Source: Lytechinus pictus (lineage: Eukaryota). Taken from it: a DNA stretch of 64,000 nt. The position numbers and the translations under genes are program-made. The notes under the pieces were generated by a model. It was not told where the DNA came from, ran no database searches, and saw only the letters and a list, made by a program, of their open reading frames with translations. Location: the NCBI RefSeq assembly GCF_037042905.1, contig NC_087252.1, positions 12,836,001-12,900,000 on the forward strand, in the 5' to 3' direction. This document shows, in pieces, positions 25,596 to 40,944 of the stretch; the first letter of the stretch is position 1, and every line of letters starts with the position of its first letter.

Positions 25596-26538
25596 GTAAG
25601 AAAACTCCCGTTGTTATTATAAAAATGAAAAATTTGTTGAACGTAACGTAAAAAAACTCCCTTGGGTTGGGAAGTCATGTATGTGGGACTGTACAATTCC
25701 AATTGCTGTGTTTTGTCGGCCTGAACTTCTGAAGACGAAGCTATGCACTACATTGCGAGTCAAAAAATGTTATAATTTTTAAATTAAGTATTCTTTTTTT
25801 TAAAGAAAATGTAGGATTCAGAGAGAATTTCTAGCATGTATGGATAAATAGATCTAGAGTAAATATTCCTGTCACTTGTCTTGGTAAAAATCTTTTCAGT
25901 GTTGTTGACAATGACATGTTGTGGTTGAGACGAGCATAACAGCCATGTCCAAGAGTCATGGGCATGTTGACAACCATTGTTTGTAAAAGTGTCAAAACCC
26001 ATTTGCGCCAAGTCAGGTAATTACCTGCTGAAACAGAGACAAAAGCATTCGCACAAACAATAAGCGTAAAGCAGAGCTACCAGTAGTCGGTACCATACAT
26101 GTAATGTTTGGACCTCATTGGTACTAGTCACTTCTAGGAGTGGTCGGTACCAAGTCTCACGCATTATGCGTGAGACTCGATCACGCATGCAGGGTCCGTC
26201 TCACGATATCACACATGGCACCCAATTTTCTCCCGCATCGGGACCCGACAGAAAAAAAGAGAAAAAGTAGCATTATTCGCTAGATTATACGCACTGGCCG
26301 ACCGCCTTCGCACGCCGTCGCGTCTACCCCGGCACGCGAGACGAATCGAGAGTGCAGTCAGCACACAGCGAGTATGTGATACGGTGAATCACGTGCGTGC
26401 ATCGCATGGTTTTGTAGTATGGATCGATATCATGATGAAGCCCATATCTCGCGCGCGCGCCTTTTCGAAACGTACAAGTGTAAGTACTGGCCGCGCGCGC
26501 GCAGAGACGCCGAGTCATGAGAATCTCACGCATAACAT

Positions 26539-27510
26539 TTTTGTCTCACCTGCATAGCAGAGTGAGACTATAGGCGCCGCTTTTCCGACGGCGACGGCGG
26601 CGGCGGCGGCGGCGGCGGCGGCGTCAACACCAAATCTTAACCTGAGGTTAAGTTTTTGAAATGACAGCATAACTTAGAAAGTATATAGACCTAGTTCATG
26701 AAACTTGGCCATAAGGTTAATCAAGTATTACTGAACATCCTGCCCGAGTTTCATGTCACATGACTAAGGTCAAAGGTCATTTAGGGTCAATGAACTTAGA
26801 CCATGTTGGGGGAATCAACATCAAAATCTTAACCTAAGGTTAAGTTTTTGAAATGTCATCATAACTTAGAAAATATATGGACCTAGTTCATGAAACTTAT
26901 ACATAAGGTTAAACAAGTATCACTAAACATCCTGCATGAGTTTCACGTCACATGACCAAGGTCAAAGGTCATTTAGGGTCGATGAACTTTGGCCGAATTG
27001 GGGGTATATGTTGAATTACCATCATAACTTTGAAAGTTTATAGATCTGATTCATGAAACTTGGACATAATAGTAATCAAGTATTACTGAACATCCTGTGC
27101 AAGTTTCAGGTCACATGATCAAGGTCAAAGGTCATTTAGGGTCAATGAACTTTGGCCAAATTGGGGTATTTGTTGAATTACAGCCATAAATTTGAAAGTG
27201 TGTTGGTCTAGTTCATAAAACTTGGACATAAGAGTAATCAAGTATCACTGAACATCCTGTGCGAGTTTCAGGTCACATGATCAAGGTCAAAGGTCATGTA
27301 AGGTCAAAGAACTTTGGCCACGTTGGGGGTATTTGTTGAATTGCCATCATATCTCTATAAGTATATTGGTCTAGTTCATAAAACGTGGAAATAAGAGTAA
27401 CCAAGTATCACTGAACATCTTGTGCGAGTTATAGTAGTTTTCAAAATCAGCACTGCTGCTATATTGAATCGCGTGATGCAGGTGAGACGGCCAGAGGCAT
27501 TCCACTTGTT
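26539..27510 (+). mobile_element. Helentron/HINE (DINE-1/pearl-like) non-autonomous element with ~162-192-bp core repeats
   Basis: T-rich ends, subterminal IR GTCTCACCTGCAT / ATGCAGGTGAGAC, (GGC)n near the 5' end, AGGTCAAAGGTCA in each unit. Confidence 0.7.
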
Positions 27511-27784
27511 TGTCTTTACCCCACACCCATTTCTATTAAAAATACAAATTAAGTGAAACATAATCATAAAACTTAGACCCCAGCATCTTCCAAACTATAA
27601 AACCCTGTGATAACACATACTTAGTTTTACCAGACAAAAGAAACAGAACAACAACACCAACATTTGAAATTAAAACCCTCTTCCAGCCTAAGATCCTGTA
27701 CTAAAGAATGCATTTAAAACATACTTTTTCTTCCAGGCAAAGAAATTTCTAATCAAAAATAAAATCTTCAAAACTAAGAGCCCG

Positions 27785-27925
27785 GGGAGCATTTCATGAA
27801 AGGAGTTGTCAGACGTTTTATCCGACACTTAACATGGTAGCACTGCTTCTTAGCCAATCAACATCAAGGAAGGTTGTCAGATCTGACAACTTGTCGGACA
27901 TAACTAATGTTGATGAAATGCTCCC
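27785..27925. mobile_element. PIF/Harbinger-type MITE
   Basis: GGGAGCATTTCAT / ATGAAATGCTCCC, 3-bp TSD CCG. Confidence 0.7.
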
Positions 27926-28295
27926 CCGATCATCTTATTCATGCTGAACAGGCACAAGAGCATGATTGAGTCTTAGTTAAATGAAGATTTCATTTATCCT
28001 AATTTTGAAAATGACAAGGTCTGGAATAAAGAAAACTCTCTAAACCTTTATTTTAATACAGGTTCTTAGTTTTAAAGATTGTTGGGTTATATTATATTGT
28101 TTTGTTATTGTTAAATAATTGGGTCTGGAAGAAAGACTACGCCATGTCTCCATGTTATTCAGCATTAATAATATAGTGGGGTCTTTCTTACTTTTTTTTC
28201 ACTTTTTTAAAATGGTTTGTAATTTTGAAATAAGTGGGTGTGGAGGGGAGACTACACTATATTTCCATGTTTTTCAACATCAATAAGATTGCGGG

Positions 28296-29715
28296 GTAGA
28301 TAGATAGATAGATATATAGATAGATAGATAGATAGATAGATAAATTTTATTTTCACACGGTAAAAAACCTAAACAGATACGTAGTCTGATTTGCATTTGG
28401 GCCGTGCCATGAATAAAATGTACAAAGTAAAAGGCACCAAATCTTAGTATACATGAATAATACATAAAAATGATAATCGTAATTATTACCAGGTGATAAT
28501 ACAATGACGGTAAGTTTATACAAATAATTACGAATTGTAATCAAATAACAAATTGGGAAATAATGCAGAATACCATCAATATGAATGCATAATACAGAAC
28601 ATATAACATTATTATAAGGTGAAATATTACTCAGATACATTATTATAAATGGATTAATTTGAATCATTGAGAAAAAAAACTCTGTCTTACAACACTGCAC
28701 ACTCACCCTTACACACAAACAGATACACACCACACACCCTTTCATACACCCGGCATCATTAAGTCTCATCCCTATGATATAACGCATACAGGAATAATGG
28801 GTTTTAAAAAAAAAAGACATACCCCCCCCCCCCCCACCAACCTATCCCTTTGTGATCCATTTCCTTGAATTAGCTAATGCCCTTTTGAAACTGGTAGTGG
28901 TATTAGATTGTTGCATTTGGATTGGTAGTGAGTTCCAGCATTGAGCCCCCCTGAACGTAAAAGTTTTCTTACCAGATTCGGTCTTTGCTTGGGGGATATT
29001 TAAAGTTAGTGGACCTGACCGTGTATTATATGTATGTCTATAAAATGAAAATCTTTCCATTAAATATGTCGGTGCCTGTCCTGTCATTATTTTAAACATC
29101 GGTATAGCAATGTTGTCTCTTCTGTTTTCTTGTAGCGTTACCCATCTTAATTTATTTAAATTTTCTTTGGAAGATGGATACCATGGAGATCGATTTATTA
29201 TTCGGGCAGCCCTATTTTGTAGCTTTTGAAGAATTTTCTGATTAATCAACCCGCAGGTACCCCATACAGCATTGCAATAGTTAAAATGTGACATTATCAG
29301 GGAATTATAAACAATGATCAGATCCTTTTCGTCGACGAAGTTCTTTATAGACTTTAACATGAATAAACCACCATTTACTTTCTTCTGAACATAATCAATA
29401 TGGTTTTGCCATGTTAAATTAGAATCAAGGATAGCACCTAAATATTTACATTCATCTACCTTACGCAATGGAATATTATCAATATGTATCTGAAACATAG
29501 CATTTTTAATTTCACAGAGCCTTTGTTTGGTACCTAGTACAATGTACTCGGTTTTATCGATGTTTAAATGTAGTTTATTTTTAATCAACCATTTTCTTAT
29601 GTTTTCTAAATCTTCATTAATCTTAAAATATATTTCAGTGGGACTTTTGCCTGAGCAATAAATCATCGTATCATCTGCATACAAGCTAACTTTACAATGT
29701 TTTAAAATGGACGGT
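28296..29715 (-). mobile_element. 5'-truncated CR1/L2-type LINE with (TATC)n tail
   Basis: ORF 28842-29684 with YADD, KYLG, LQNRAAR, YNTR and WNSLP; (GATA)n on + strand at 28296-28341. Confidence 0.92.
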
Positions 29716-30914
29716 AGTCTTTGTTATTTTTTGATATTTTGTTTTGTATTTCTTTATTTGTTGTTTGAAATATCTGGGTCTGGAGGAAAGACTGCATTTA
29801 TTTTCATGTTATTCAACATCAATAAGATTATGGGGTCTTTGTGTTTTATTATCTATCTTTTTGTGATTGTTATTTTGGAATAACTGGGTCTTGAGGAAAG
29901 ACTACGCTATAGAGTCAAGTTCTACATTTTGAAGTTCCCCTTAGTCTATGTACACAGGGGTCACCCATCTGTGAATCGATAGAACATTCCAAATAACCAT
30001 GTAAAACATATAACATTGAATAATAACATATGAGATTAATTGCACCGATTACAAGCCCAGAATGTCTGCATTAATTAATTGTTTCTTTTGTATAGGTTAT
30101 GGTATATCATGCAGTAACATGTATTTTATATTACACGTTTTTTTATTTTTCTCTTTTCAAACTTCGGAAGGAGAGGTCTGTTGACAGGCATCACACTATC
30201 TTGGTTGGGTAATGGGGGGGGGGGGGCTGCGCAGTGCCTGCTTTTTATTAGCAATCACGCGCATGCTGAGAAGCCCGTTCAAATTACTGAACCAGGTTGG
30301 CCAGAAAATACTATTCAAACAATCAATGATTTATGATGATCCGCCTTTCACGATCTCATATAAATTTTCATAAAGCAGCGCTGATCCATAATGCATCAAA
30401 TTTTATAACCACAAAAACGACAAATTAATCATAGGCGTAAATATTCATATCTGAATGACACGCGCCTTAAAACCTAAGTTAACAACAACGTTTTTCGACA
30501 TCATTGAGATTGTGGGGTCTTTGTTAATATCGTTTGTTATTATTGTTTTTATCATTTGCTATTTTGAAATAACTGGGTCTGGAGCAAAGACTACACCATA
30601 TTTCCATGCTATTCAATGTTGATAGGATTGCAGGGTCTTGTTTTTTTTTTTGTTTTTTTTTATGATTTTTTTTAGAACTGGGTCGGAGGAAAGACTACGC
30701 TATACTCCGTATAAGCTAAAACAACAACAACATGAACAACAACAACAGTTATTTAACATTAAGAAGAATTAATTTTCGATCTTTGTTTCGAAAATTGTTT
30801 AAATATTTTATATAACTGGGTCTGGGGAAAAAAGACTGTGACTTTGCACTCCATGAACGCATTACTATAGGGTTTTAGTTTAAGAACAGATTCGCAAAAA
30901 ATCCCTTCAAATTC

Positions 30915-31221
30915 ATTACATTTGGGGATAAAGTGCATTTTTACATTTGTGGGTAAAGTGTTATTACATTTGTGGGTAAAGTGTTATTACATTTGTGGGC
31001 GATCAAAAATTATTACATTTGTGGGTAAAGTGCATTTTTACATTTGTGGGTAAAGTGTTATTACATTTGTGGGTAAAGTGTTATTACATTTGTGGGCGAT
31101 CAAAAATTATTACATTTGTGGGTAAAGTGCATTTTTACATTTGTGGGTTAAGTGCATTTTTACATTTGTGGGTAAAGTGTTATTACATTTGTGGGCGTTT
31201 ATTACATTTGTGGGTGTAACA
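30915..31221 (+). repeat. minisatellite, ~22-25-bp unit with TTACATTTGTGGG core
   Basis: About 13 near-identical units, ending in tgtaaca. Confidence 0.9.
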
Positions 31222-34123
31222 TCCCCCCCCCCCCGCCGCCTCTTTGAAAAGCGTTTCATTGCCGATGACACTGTAGCTTCCTTATGGAGGCATGTTTTTC
31301 ATTTTAACAGTAATGTTATGACACATATCATGAGAAATAGACTTAATATTGATAAAAACAGTGATTTGCACATATCCCGGTAGTTTGCACATTTCCCGTG
31401 AAAATTGTTCATTTGTACATATCCCGTCGTCACGTTTGCACAGATGCCGTTGATAAATTTTGACAGATTTGCACATTTCCCGGCGTGGCGTTTGCACAAA
31501 TCCCGGCGAAATTTTGCACATATACCGTCGTTTGCACATATCCCGGCGTTTGCACATAACACGGCTCCACAGGGGGTAAACTTAACTTTTTCATGAATAT
31601 TAAAGGGGAATCCAACCCAAATAAAAAAAGTTTTTTTAGAGGAAAAAGAAGAATCAGACAAGTTGATGGATGAACATTTGAACAATTTATTTATTTATTT
31701 ATTTATTTCAAATATTTAAAAGAAGGGTAGCTCAATCAGCAACAAGCTGGTTTTCGTTGAGGCCCTTCGTGAACAAACACAAATATAAAAATTGGTAACA
31801 TATTCAACTATAAACAAAGAATAGAGCATAAATAATAATATTGAACAAAAAAATGAAATGAAATAAGCATAATTAACTATGGAAAATAACAGAACAAAAA
31901 AATATGATACTGTACAGATGTTACCTAAATCTAAACGGAAACATTATATAAACATGAAAAGATATAAAATATGTACAAAATGAGGAGAAAGAATAAAATA
32001 GATTCCACCATTAGTCCCTATTACATATTAAAGGTTTTTTCCCATTTAGCCATTTCCCGTTTGAACTGTTTAATTTTTTATATGAATCGGAGGTTTATTC
32101 CAATGTAATGGGCCTGTGACAAAAAATGATTTCTGATAAAAGGTTGTACGAGCATATGGCACCCTGATTATCATCTTATTTGTGCTTCTAGTTGTTCGCG
32201 AGGATATTTTCTCTATATAAATAAACTTATCACAAAGCACCTGGGGAGCAGCTTCGTGTAAACATTTATGAACCATTAAGCGAGATGCTCTAAAAAAGAC
32301 ATTGCGTATTTTGGGCCAGGATAATATTTTGAAAATTTGTTCAGATGGAGTTTCCCAAGAGAAGTTAGATACCATGTACTGTATGCTGCCCTCTTATGTA
32401 ATCTCTCTAACTTAATGTGATTAATTTCAGATCTTCCCGACTAGACGGTACAGCAATACATTAAATGGGGCATTACAAAAGCCCAATACAGCTTATTCAA
32501 TTGTGCTTTATCAAAATACAGCGGCGAATAGTTCCTAGTTTTTGTTTTACAATTAAAGCTATGCTGTCAACATGTTTTTTAAAGTCGAGATTGTTATCTA
32601 TGATAACTCCTAAACATTTATATTCATTTACACATTCCAATTGACATCCATTTAACACTATCGATAGCATATTGCTGTCTAGTGACCTTCGCTTTTGTTT
32701 TGATCCTAGTAGCATCGTTTTGGTCTTGTCACTATTCAAAATCAACTTGTTTTTATTGAGCCAAGAGTCCAAATCCCTAAGAGCTTTTGACAGTTTTAGC
32801 TCAACCTCTTGCTTCGATCCCCCCCCCCCCCAAAAAAAAAAAAAACAGAAATAGTAGTATCGTCAGCATACATGTAAACGGTGTCATTTGGTATAGCGTT
32901 TGGGAGATCATTAATGAATAAAGTGAAAAGTATCGGGGCTAAGATCGAACCCTGTTGCACATCCATTGTAATGTTTCGTAGAGTAGATTTTTCTTTTCCT
33001 AAAGATACATATTGTTGGCGGTTTTTCAAGTAAGAATCAAACCATTTGATGACACTAGGTGAGAATCCATATTGATATAATCTATCTAATAGTAGGGAGT
33101 GGTTAACCGTATCAAATGCACGTCGAAGGTCTGTAAAAGCTATACCATTCAGGTGTCCTTTATCTACATTCTCTGACCATTGATTCACCATGCATAATAA
33201 AGCTGTTTCGCATGAATGCTTAGGGCGAAACCCAAACTGATTCTTATATAAGTAGTCTTTCTGAGATATATAATCAAATACGTTTAATTACACTGCCCTT
33301 TCGATTATTTTAGATAAAATCGGCAGTAAAGATACAGGCCTGTAGTTTTTCAGTGTGGCTGAATCCCCTCCTTTTGGAATCGGTTGGACTCTGGCTATTT
33401 TCCAAGCATCAGGTATACAGAAGACTTTAAGGACAGATTCAATATACATGTATATACTAAGCTTCCAATTACACAAGGAATATCACAAATATATTTCAGT
33501 ATTTTGACGGAGAGTTCGTCAAATCCAGTTGCTTTTTTGCAACTATAAGATTTTATTTCTTTGATATATAGAAATAATAGAGAAATTAAACAAATCACGT
33601 TTTGTCTGCTTTTCCGAATGTTCTTCATTAATGTGTTCACACTCTTTGGAATTCTCAACACTTTGTTTAAAATTGTTAGTGAGTTCCTGAACTGAGTCAA
33701 TAAAATATGTATTGAAGAGCACAACAATTTCTTTCAAGTCAGATATTTCGGCATCGTTTACTTTCAATGTCATATTTTTAGGTTGCTCTTTCTTAGCCGC
33801 ATAACATCCCACAGTGCATTTGCTTTACCTGATTTAACATCTAATAAAGAGGTAATATATGATTTTTTTAAGCTTATTCAGTTCCCTTGTCACCAGGTTT
33901 CTATACCTTTTATATTGATTCCAAAGATGTGATGACGACAGTTTGATTGCTTTATTATGTAAGTAATCCCTTGTATTCATCAATGCAATTACATCACCTG
34001 TCACCCACGGACACGCCTTGTTTCGTATACGTTTTCTTTTGTATGGTGCACATTTGTTTATAATTTCCATCAGCGGCTTGTACCATATGTCCCATGCACA
34101 ATTTACATCTTCACATTGATATA

Positions 34124-36317
<2,194 letters not shown>

Positions 36318-37625
36318 TACATCTTCAAAATGAACTTGGGAATATAAAGACTGAAATTCAGAGAATTCAAAGCCTTTGAAATCTCTCCATTCTATTATAT
36401 TTTCTTTTTGATTAATATCTGTATCACCGTAGACAGTAAAAATCATAAAGTGATAACTGAAAGATGTTTTTATTACTCCATTCATTAAGTGGTTGTCTAT
36501 ATCAGTGGAATATATCAGATCAATAATAGTTTGTGACGTTGTCGTCACTCGTGTTGGTATATCAATTAATTGGTCAAACAAAAAACCAGTCATGATTTCA
36601 TCAAGAGATCGAGACATAGAATCAATATAGCATGGAGACATATCACAGTTAAGATCTCCAAGTAATATAATTTCTACATCTGTGTTTGTAATAGCTTGAT
36701 TTAACATTCTGTTCAATAAATCAAAAAAATTAGACGCTGAGTTCGGTGGTCTGTATATAACACATATAAGCATTGTTTTTGAGTGTTTTATTGGCAGTTT
36801 AGCCCAAAGAGCTTCAATATCGTCACACACGGTATAATTTTCATACAAACAATTTATGTCATCTTTCACGTAGAGTGCTACAATATCAGTCAAACGATCA
36901 AGTTATGAATTTTCTAAAGTTTTGAAAATTGGTAATCTCTATACCTATGGAGACTTTAAATTGGCCGCACATGTGATGTTATAGTGATGTCAGGCATAGA
37001 CTACTACTCTTCCATGAGTCCCAATACATAAAATGACTAAAATCTAATTTTTATTTCAAATTATAATTTTTTTTTTCATGTGGACATAAAACAATATGCC
37101 ACCTGGGATATATTTTCATTACTGCCCTAAGGCAATAGCTACTAAAGGGAAAACCACAAATCCCTGATAATTAAGTACATGACATATGAGGAAGTTGTCC
37201 TTACCCCATGTCATAATCTACTTACACAGTTACCAATTTGAAATTTACATAAATGTAAATTTGAAATTGGCAAGATCTTAATTTCAAAGCAACCATAACT
37301 TTATTATTGCTTGTCCGATTTCTTTCAAACTTTCACCAATCTATTTTACTTATTTTCTCCTTTCCCACACAACATGTTATGACCAAGGTTGGATTCCCCA
37401 TTAAATAAGGAAAATGAAACCGCACATTCCATAGAAGTGTGGACGAAGTCTTTTTTTATTCTGGACTTAAACCTATTTATGAGATTACCATCCTCTGTGT
37501 TTTGAGAAAAATGAGTTAATCTTCTTGCATATTGAAGCTAAGAAATCTTATAGACAGTTGAAAAGAAACTATTCCTTACTTTCTTTTATATTATATGTTT
37601 CCTCCGATGTTATTTTTCACTGCAG

Positions 37626-37945
37626 GTGTTCATCCAAGGTATGACAGAGAAAAATACAGGCATACCCTGACGGCACAGGCAGTCCCTTCTTTGTTTCCGT
37701 GTCATCCACCCCTCAAGCAGCCTGTCATCTTAAAGAGGAAGCCTCTCATTAAGAGAAGTCTGCCACCAAAGGATACGGTACCATCTGGGCCTTCACCCAA
37801 AAGGATTCACAATGACCATTCATACAATTTGAATGAGGAGTTGATTAAAGAAATTTTGACAAAACTGACTATAACAAGGACTTTGGAACTCGGACAATTT
37901 GTTATTAATGTCACTAATCCCCCAGGATTCAGAAGTCAGGATTAA
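37626..37945 (+). CDS. THAP C-terminal exon with AVP motif and HCF-1-binding motif; 3' end uncertain, may be pseudogenic
   Basis: tttttcactgcag|GT; RHTLTAQAVPSLF (THAP AVPTIF box), basic KRKP and PSPKR, then NDHSY (D/E-H-x-Y). Confidence 0.7.
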
Positions 37946-38016
37946 AAGAAAAAGAACATAAAGGCTTGTGATCAGCAAAATTACATTGTTATAACAGGGC
38001 TGTATGGTTATATCTA

Positions 38017-38177
38017 GGCCCCGTTGCGTAAAAGTTACTAAGTATTATGGTAACTTTTCCAACCAATTGTAACTTTCATGGGAACCTTGATTTTGATTGG
38101 TTGATGAGCATTGTTACCATGGTAGTTACCATTGGATGGTTAACTTACCATAATGGTAACTTTTATGCAATGGGGCC
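38017..38177. mobile_element. Harbinger-type palindromic MITE
   Basis: GGCCCCGTTGCGTAAAAGTTAC / GTAACTTTTATGCAATGGGGCC. Confidence 0.7.
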
Positions 38178-39275
38178 CAGATCACTTAATATTGAGTTTC
38201 TACTGTCAACAATGTACATGATTTTAACTTTTAAATACATTTACTGTCATTTTCCTTACCACAATGTTTTTTTTAAAAATGCAAATTGTTGTTTTGGGGT
38301 CCTCCATTCATCCTTCTACCTATTTGACAGATCAGTTTTAAACTTTGATCATGTATGCATATAGGAGTGAGGAGGATCTGATCAAAGTTATAAGGATTAA
38401 CTTCACACTTGGTTCATGTATGTTTATGGGAAACACAACTATATTTTGGAGTCACAAGATCAAGATCAGATATGTGATGTTGTATATGGAAACAGAAAAC
38501 TAGGACGTACATTTCCGCTCTGGCAATGGCGGAAGCATACATGTCATTCAACTGTAAAATTAAACCTTGTAATTCAGGTTAGATTTGTAGAGGCATAAGG
38601 TGAGAGTTAGATATATGTACTTGCTCCTTTATTTTTCTGTATAATAACTACATTTGAATCTTCCGCCGCCAGCCTATCAAGTTTGATGATGATGTTGATG
38701 ATGACAATAAATACCATGTATTTTAATGCTGTAATAGTATTAGACAATTCAGTTACTGATTCTTCTGCAACAAATTTTCTTTCCTTTTTTCAAGTAAACA
38801 AAAAGGTGTTAATGGCAATTAAATGGCATTTAATACTTAATTCTGTTCAATTGAAACTGACATGCATATCCCTTTTATTTTTGATCTCCATTGAATGAAA
38901 GAGGTGAAAATTTTTGTATGTGTGTTTGTTTGGGCGTTTTCTTTATTGGTGGTGGTGGTGGTGGAATTAGACATTGGATTGGAGGAAGATGAGAATTTAA
39001 GAGAGCTATTTATGTGAAGAAAAGAGGAGTGAAGATCTGGAAAGAAAATGAAATGATCTTGACTGAAACAATGAGGTTTTGCTCAAAATTACTCCTTTTA
39101 TCTATTTTTTCTCCTGTACTCTACAAATAAACAGTATTTGTCAAATTCTGTAACTTTTAAAATTTGACAAATACAGTATAATTATAGGTATATTGTTAAT
39201 AAACATTTTCGGGGGGGGGGCTTGTTTAAAATATCAACAGTGGCAGCAACAGGATTTTGGAAATAGGGGGCAGAG

Positions 39276-39581
39276 CATTGGCGGCGGAAGCAAACAAATT
39301 ATTGGGGGGTCCACCTAAAATGTTAAGATGGACACAATTTAAAATAATGAGGGGATCACCAAATTTTTTTGAAAAGCAAAAAAAAAAGGTCATCAACCTA
39401 AATTTTAGGGGAGGAACAAATACATTTTAGGGGGGTTCACATGAATTTAGGGGGGGACACACGAAACAAAATTGGCAAGCAAATAACAATAAAAAAAAAG
39501 GTTATCAACAAAAAATGTATCGTCGTCCCCCCCATCTCAAATTTGACCCCCCCCCCCGTCCCCCCGCTTCCGCCGCCTATG
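39276..39581. mobile_element. short hAT-type element
   Basis: CATTGGCGGCGGAAGC / GCTTCCGCCGCCTATG, TSD GGGCAGAG; related fragment at ~18770-19045. Confidence 0.8.
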
Positions 39582-40554
39582 GGGCAGAGACGCATTCATG
39601 GCCGTATGCAGACTTTTTTCTGGGGGCCAAGACACAAAAAACTTGAAAGCGAGGGAACAAAGCAAACCAGCTTGTCATTAGGGCGCTTTCTCATTTTCTG
39701 AAGTGATATTGGAGGATTTCATGCACACTTTTGGTGAATTTTATGAAAATTTTCATTTAAAAAAAAAATGTTAGTTAAAAGAAAAAAATATCCCCCCCCC
39801 CCTACGTACGGCCGTGGGCGCATCTGCTATATATTTTTTTGTTCAATTAAAAAAAAAAAACCGGGGAAAATGCAACTGGAACATTTGATTGGTGAGTTAA
39901 TTGGGTCTCTAGAGCTACATTGAAGATTCATGTTCTGACATAAAATGATTTGTAAGTTTTATGTAGATATCTTTTACAATGCATATAAATCTAGGCTTAT
40001 ACGTTGACAGAATAATTGGTTACAAAAAAATTAATAGATTAAAAAAAAAAACATCGTATTGATATGGGGAATGAGAGAGGGAGAGAGAGATACAGACAGA
40101 GAGCATAAACTAATAAACGACGGAACAAGAGAAAAAAATTGGATGGAGATGGGAGAATATATTTAGAGTTGTAGCTTACGAGACTTCGCACGTAGGCCTG
40201 AAGGTCGCCTTGACTTCACATCGAAGTGCTTCAGCTATTCGCAGTAGAAAGTATTGCTCAAATTTTCATCCATAAGCTGTAAATATTGCTCTTTTTTATT
40301 TGCCTTGTGTTTTTCATACTCTTCCTGTCATTTCAAATTCTTTTTAATTGCAGTTTTAATCTTCTAAGTCACAGAGCCCGCTCTAGACCTCGACGGTCCC
40401 AATGCCTTTACACGTTGTAGCTTACGCGACTTCCGGGTTAGTTGCCCTGATCCGCGCGTTCGAGCCCATCTTCAATTGGGGACCTTTCGTTTGTACGCTC
40501 ACTATGGGGAGCGCGCGCTCTAGTTTAGTACGTATTTAACTCTATGGATATAGT

Positions 40555-40651
40555 ACACATTCCGCAGACTCATCTGTGCAGTTCCCTCATAAGCTGTTTC
40601 AGGAGTATCTATCAGGGATGTATCTAGCATCTCTTCACAACTCAAGCAGAA
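40555..40651 (+). pseudogene. orphan NACHT-paralog fragment, right part (winged-helix motif)
   Basis: THSADSSVQFPHKLFQEYLSGMYLASLHNSSR; 89/96 nt identical to 42096-42191 by manual alignment. Confidence 0.92.
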
Positions 40652-40944
40652 TGCTAATTACGATTCGATAACAATGAAACAAAAACGTAAAAGACTAAAG
40701 ATAGTGATCATAATATTGATCACAATAAATTGAAGTTAGTTCTTCTAAGTCAAATTCGGCAGCGAAAATCAATTAGGCCTTCCTTAGAAGCTTTACATGA
40801 TGTATTTATCAAATATACCACCTCCAAACAATCATGAAACAAAAAGTCAATTGAATAAAATCCGACACAGAAAGGACATTCATATTAATTCGAATTGTAT
40901 TTTTATACAATAACTGACACATGCTATTTTCTTTCTCATAACAG

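Noticed and set aside
30155..30215. Missing middle THAP exon
   Set aside because: Acceptor reads caa rather than cag and the W and CxxHF residues are absent; too weak to call.
30915..31221. CRISPR-like regular repeats
   Set aside because: No unique spacers and no cas genes; it is a minisatellite in a eukaryotic context.
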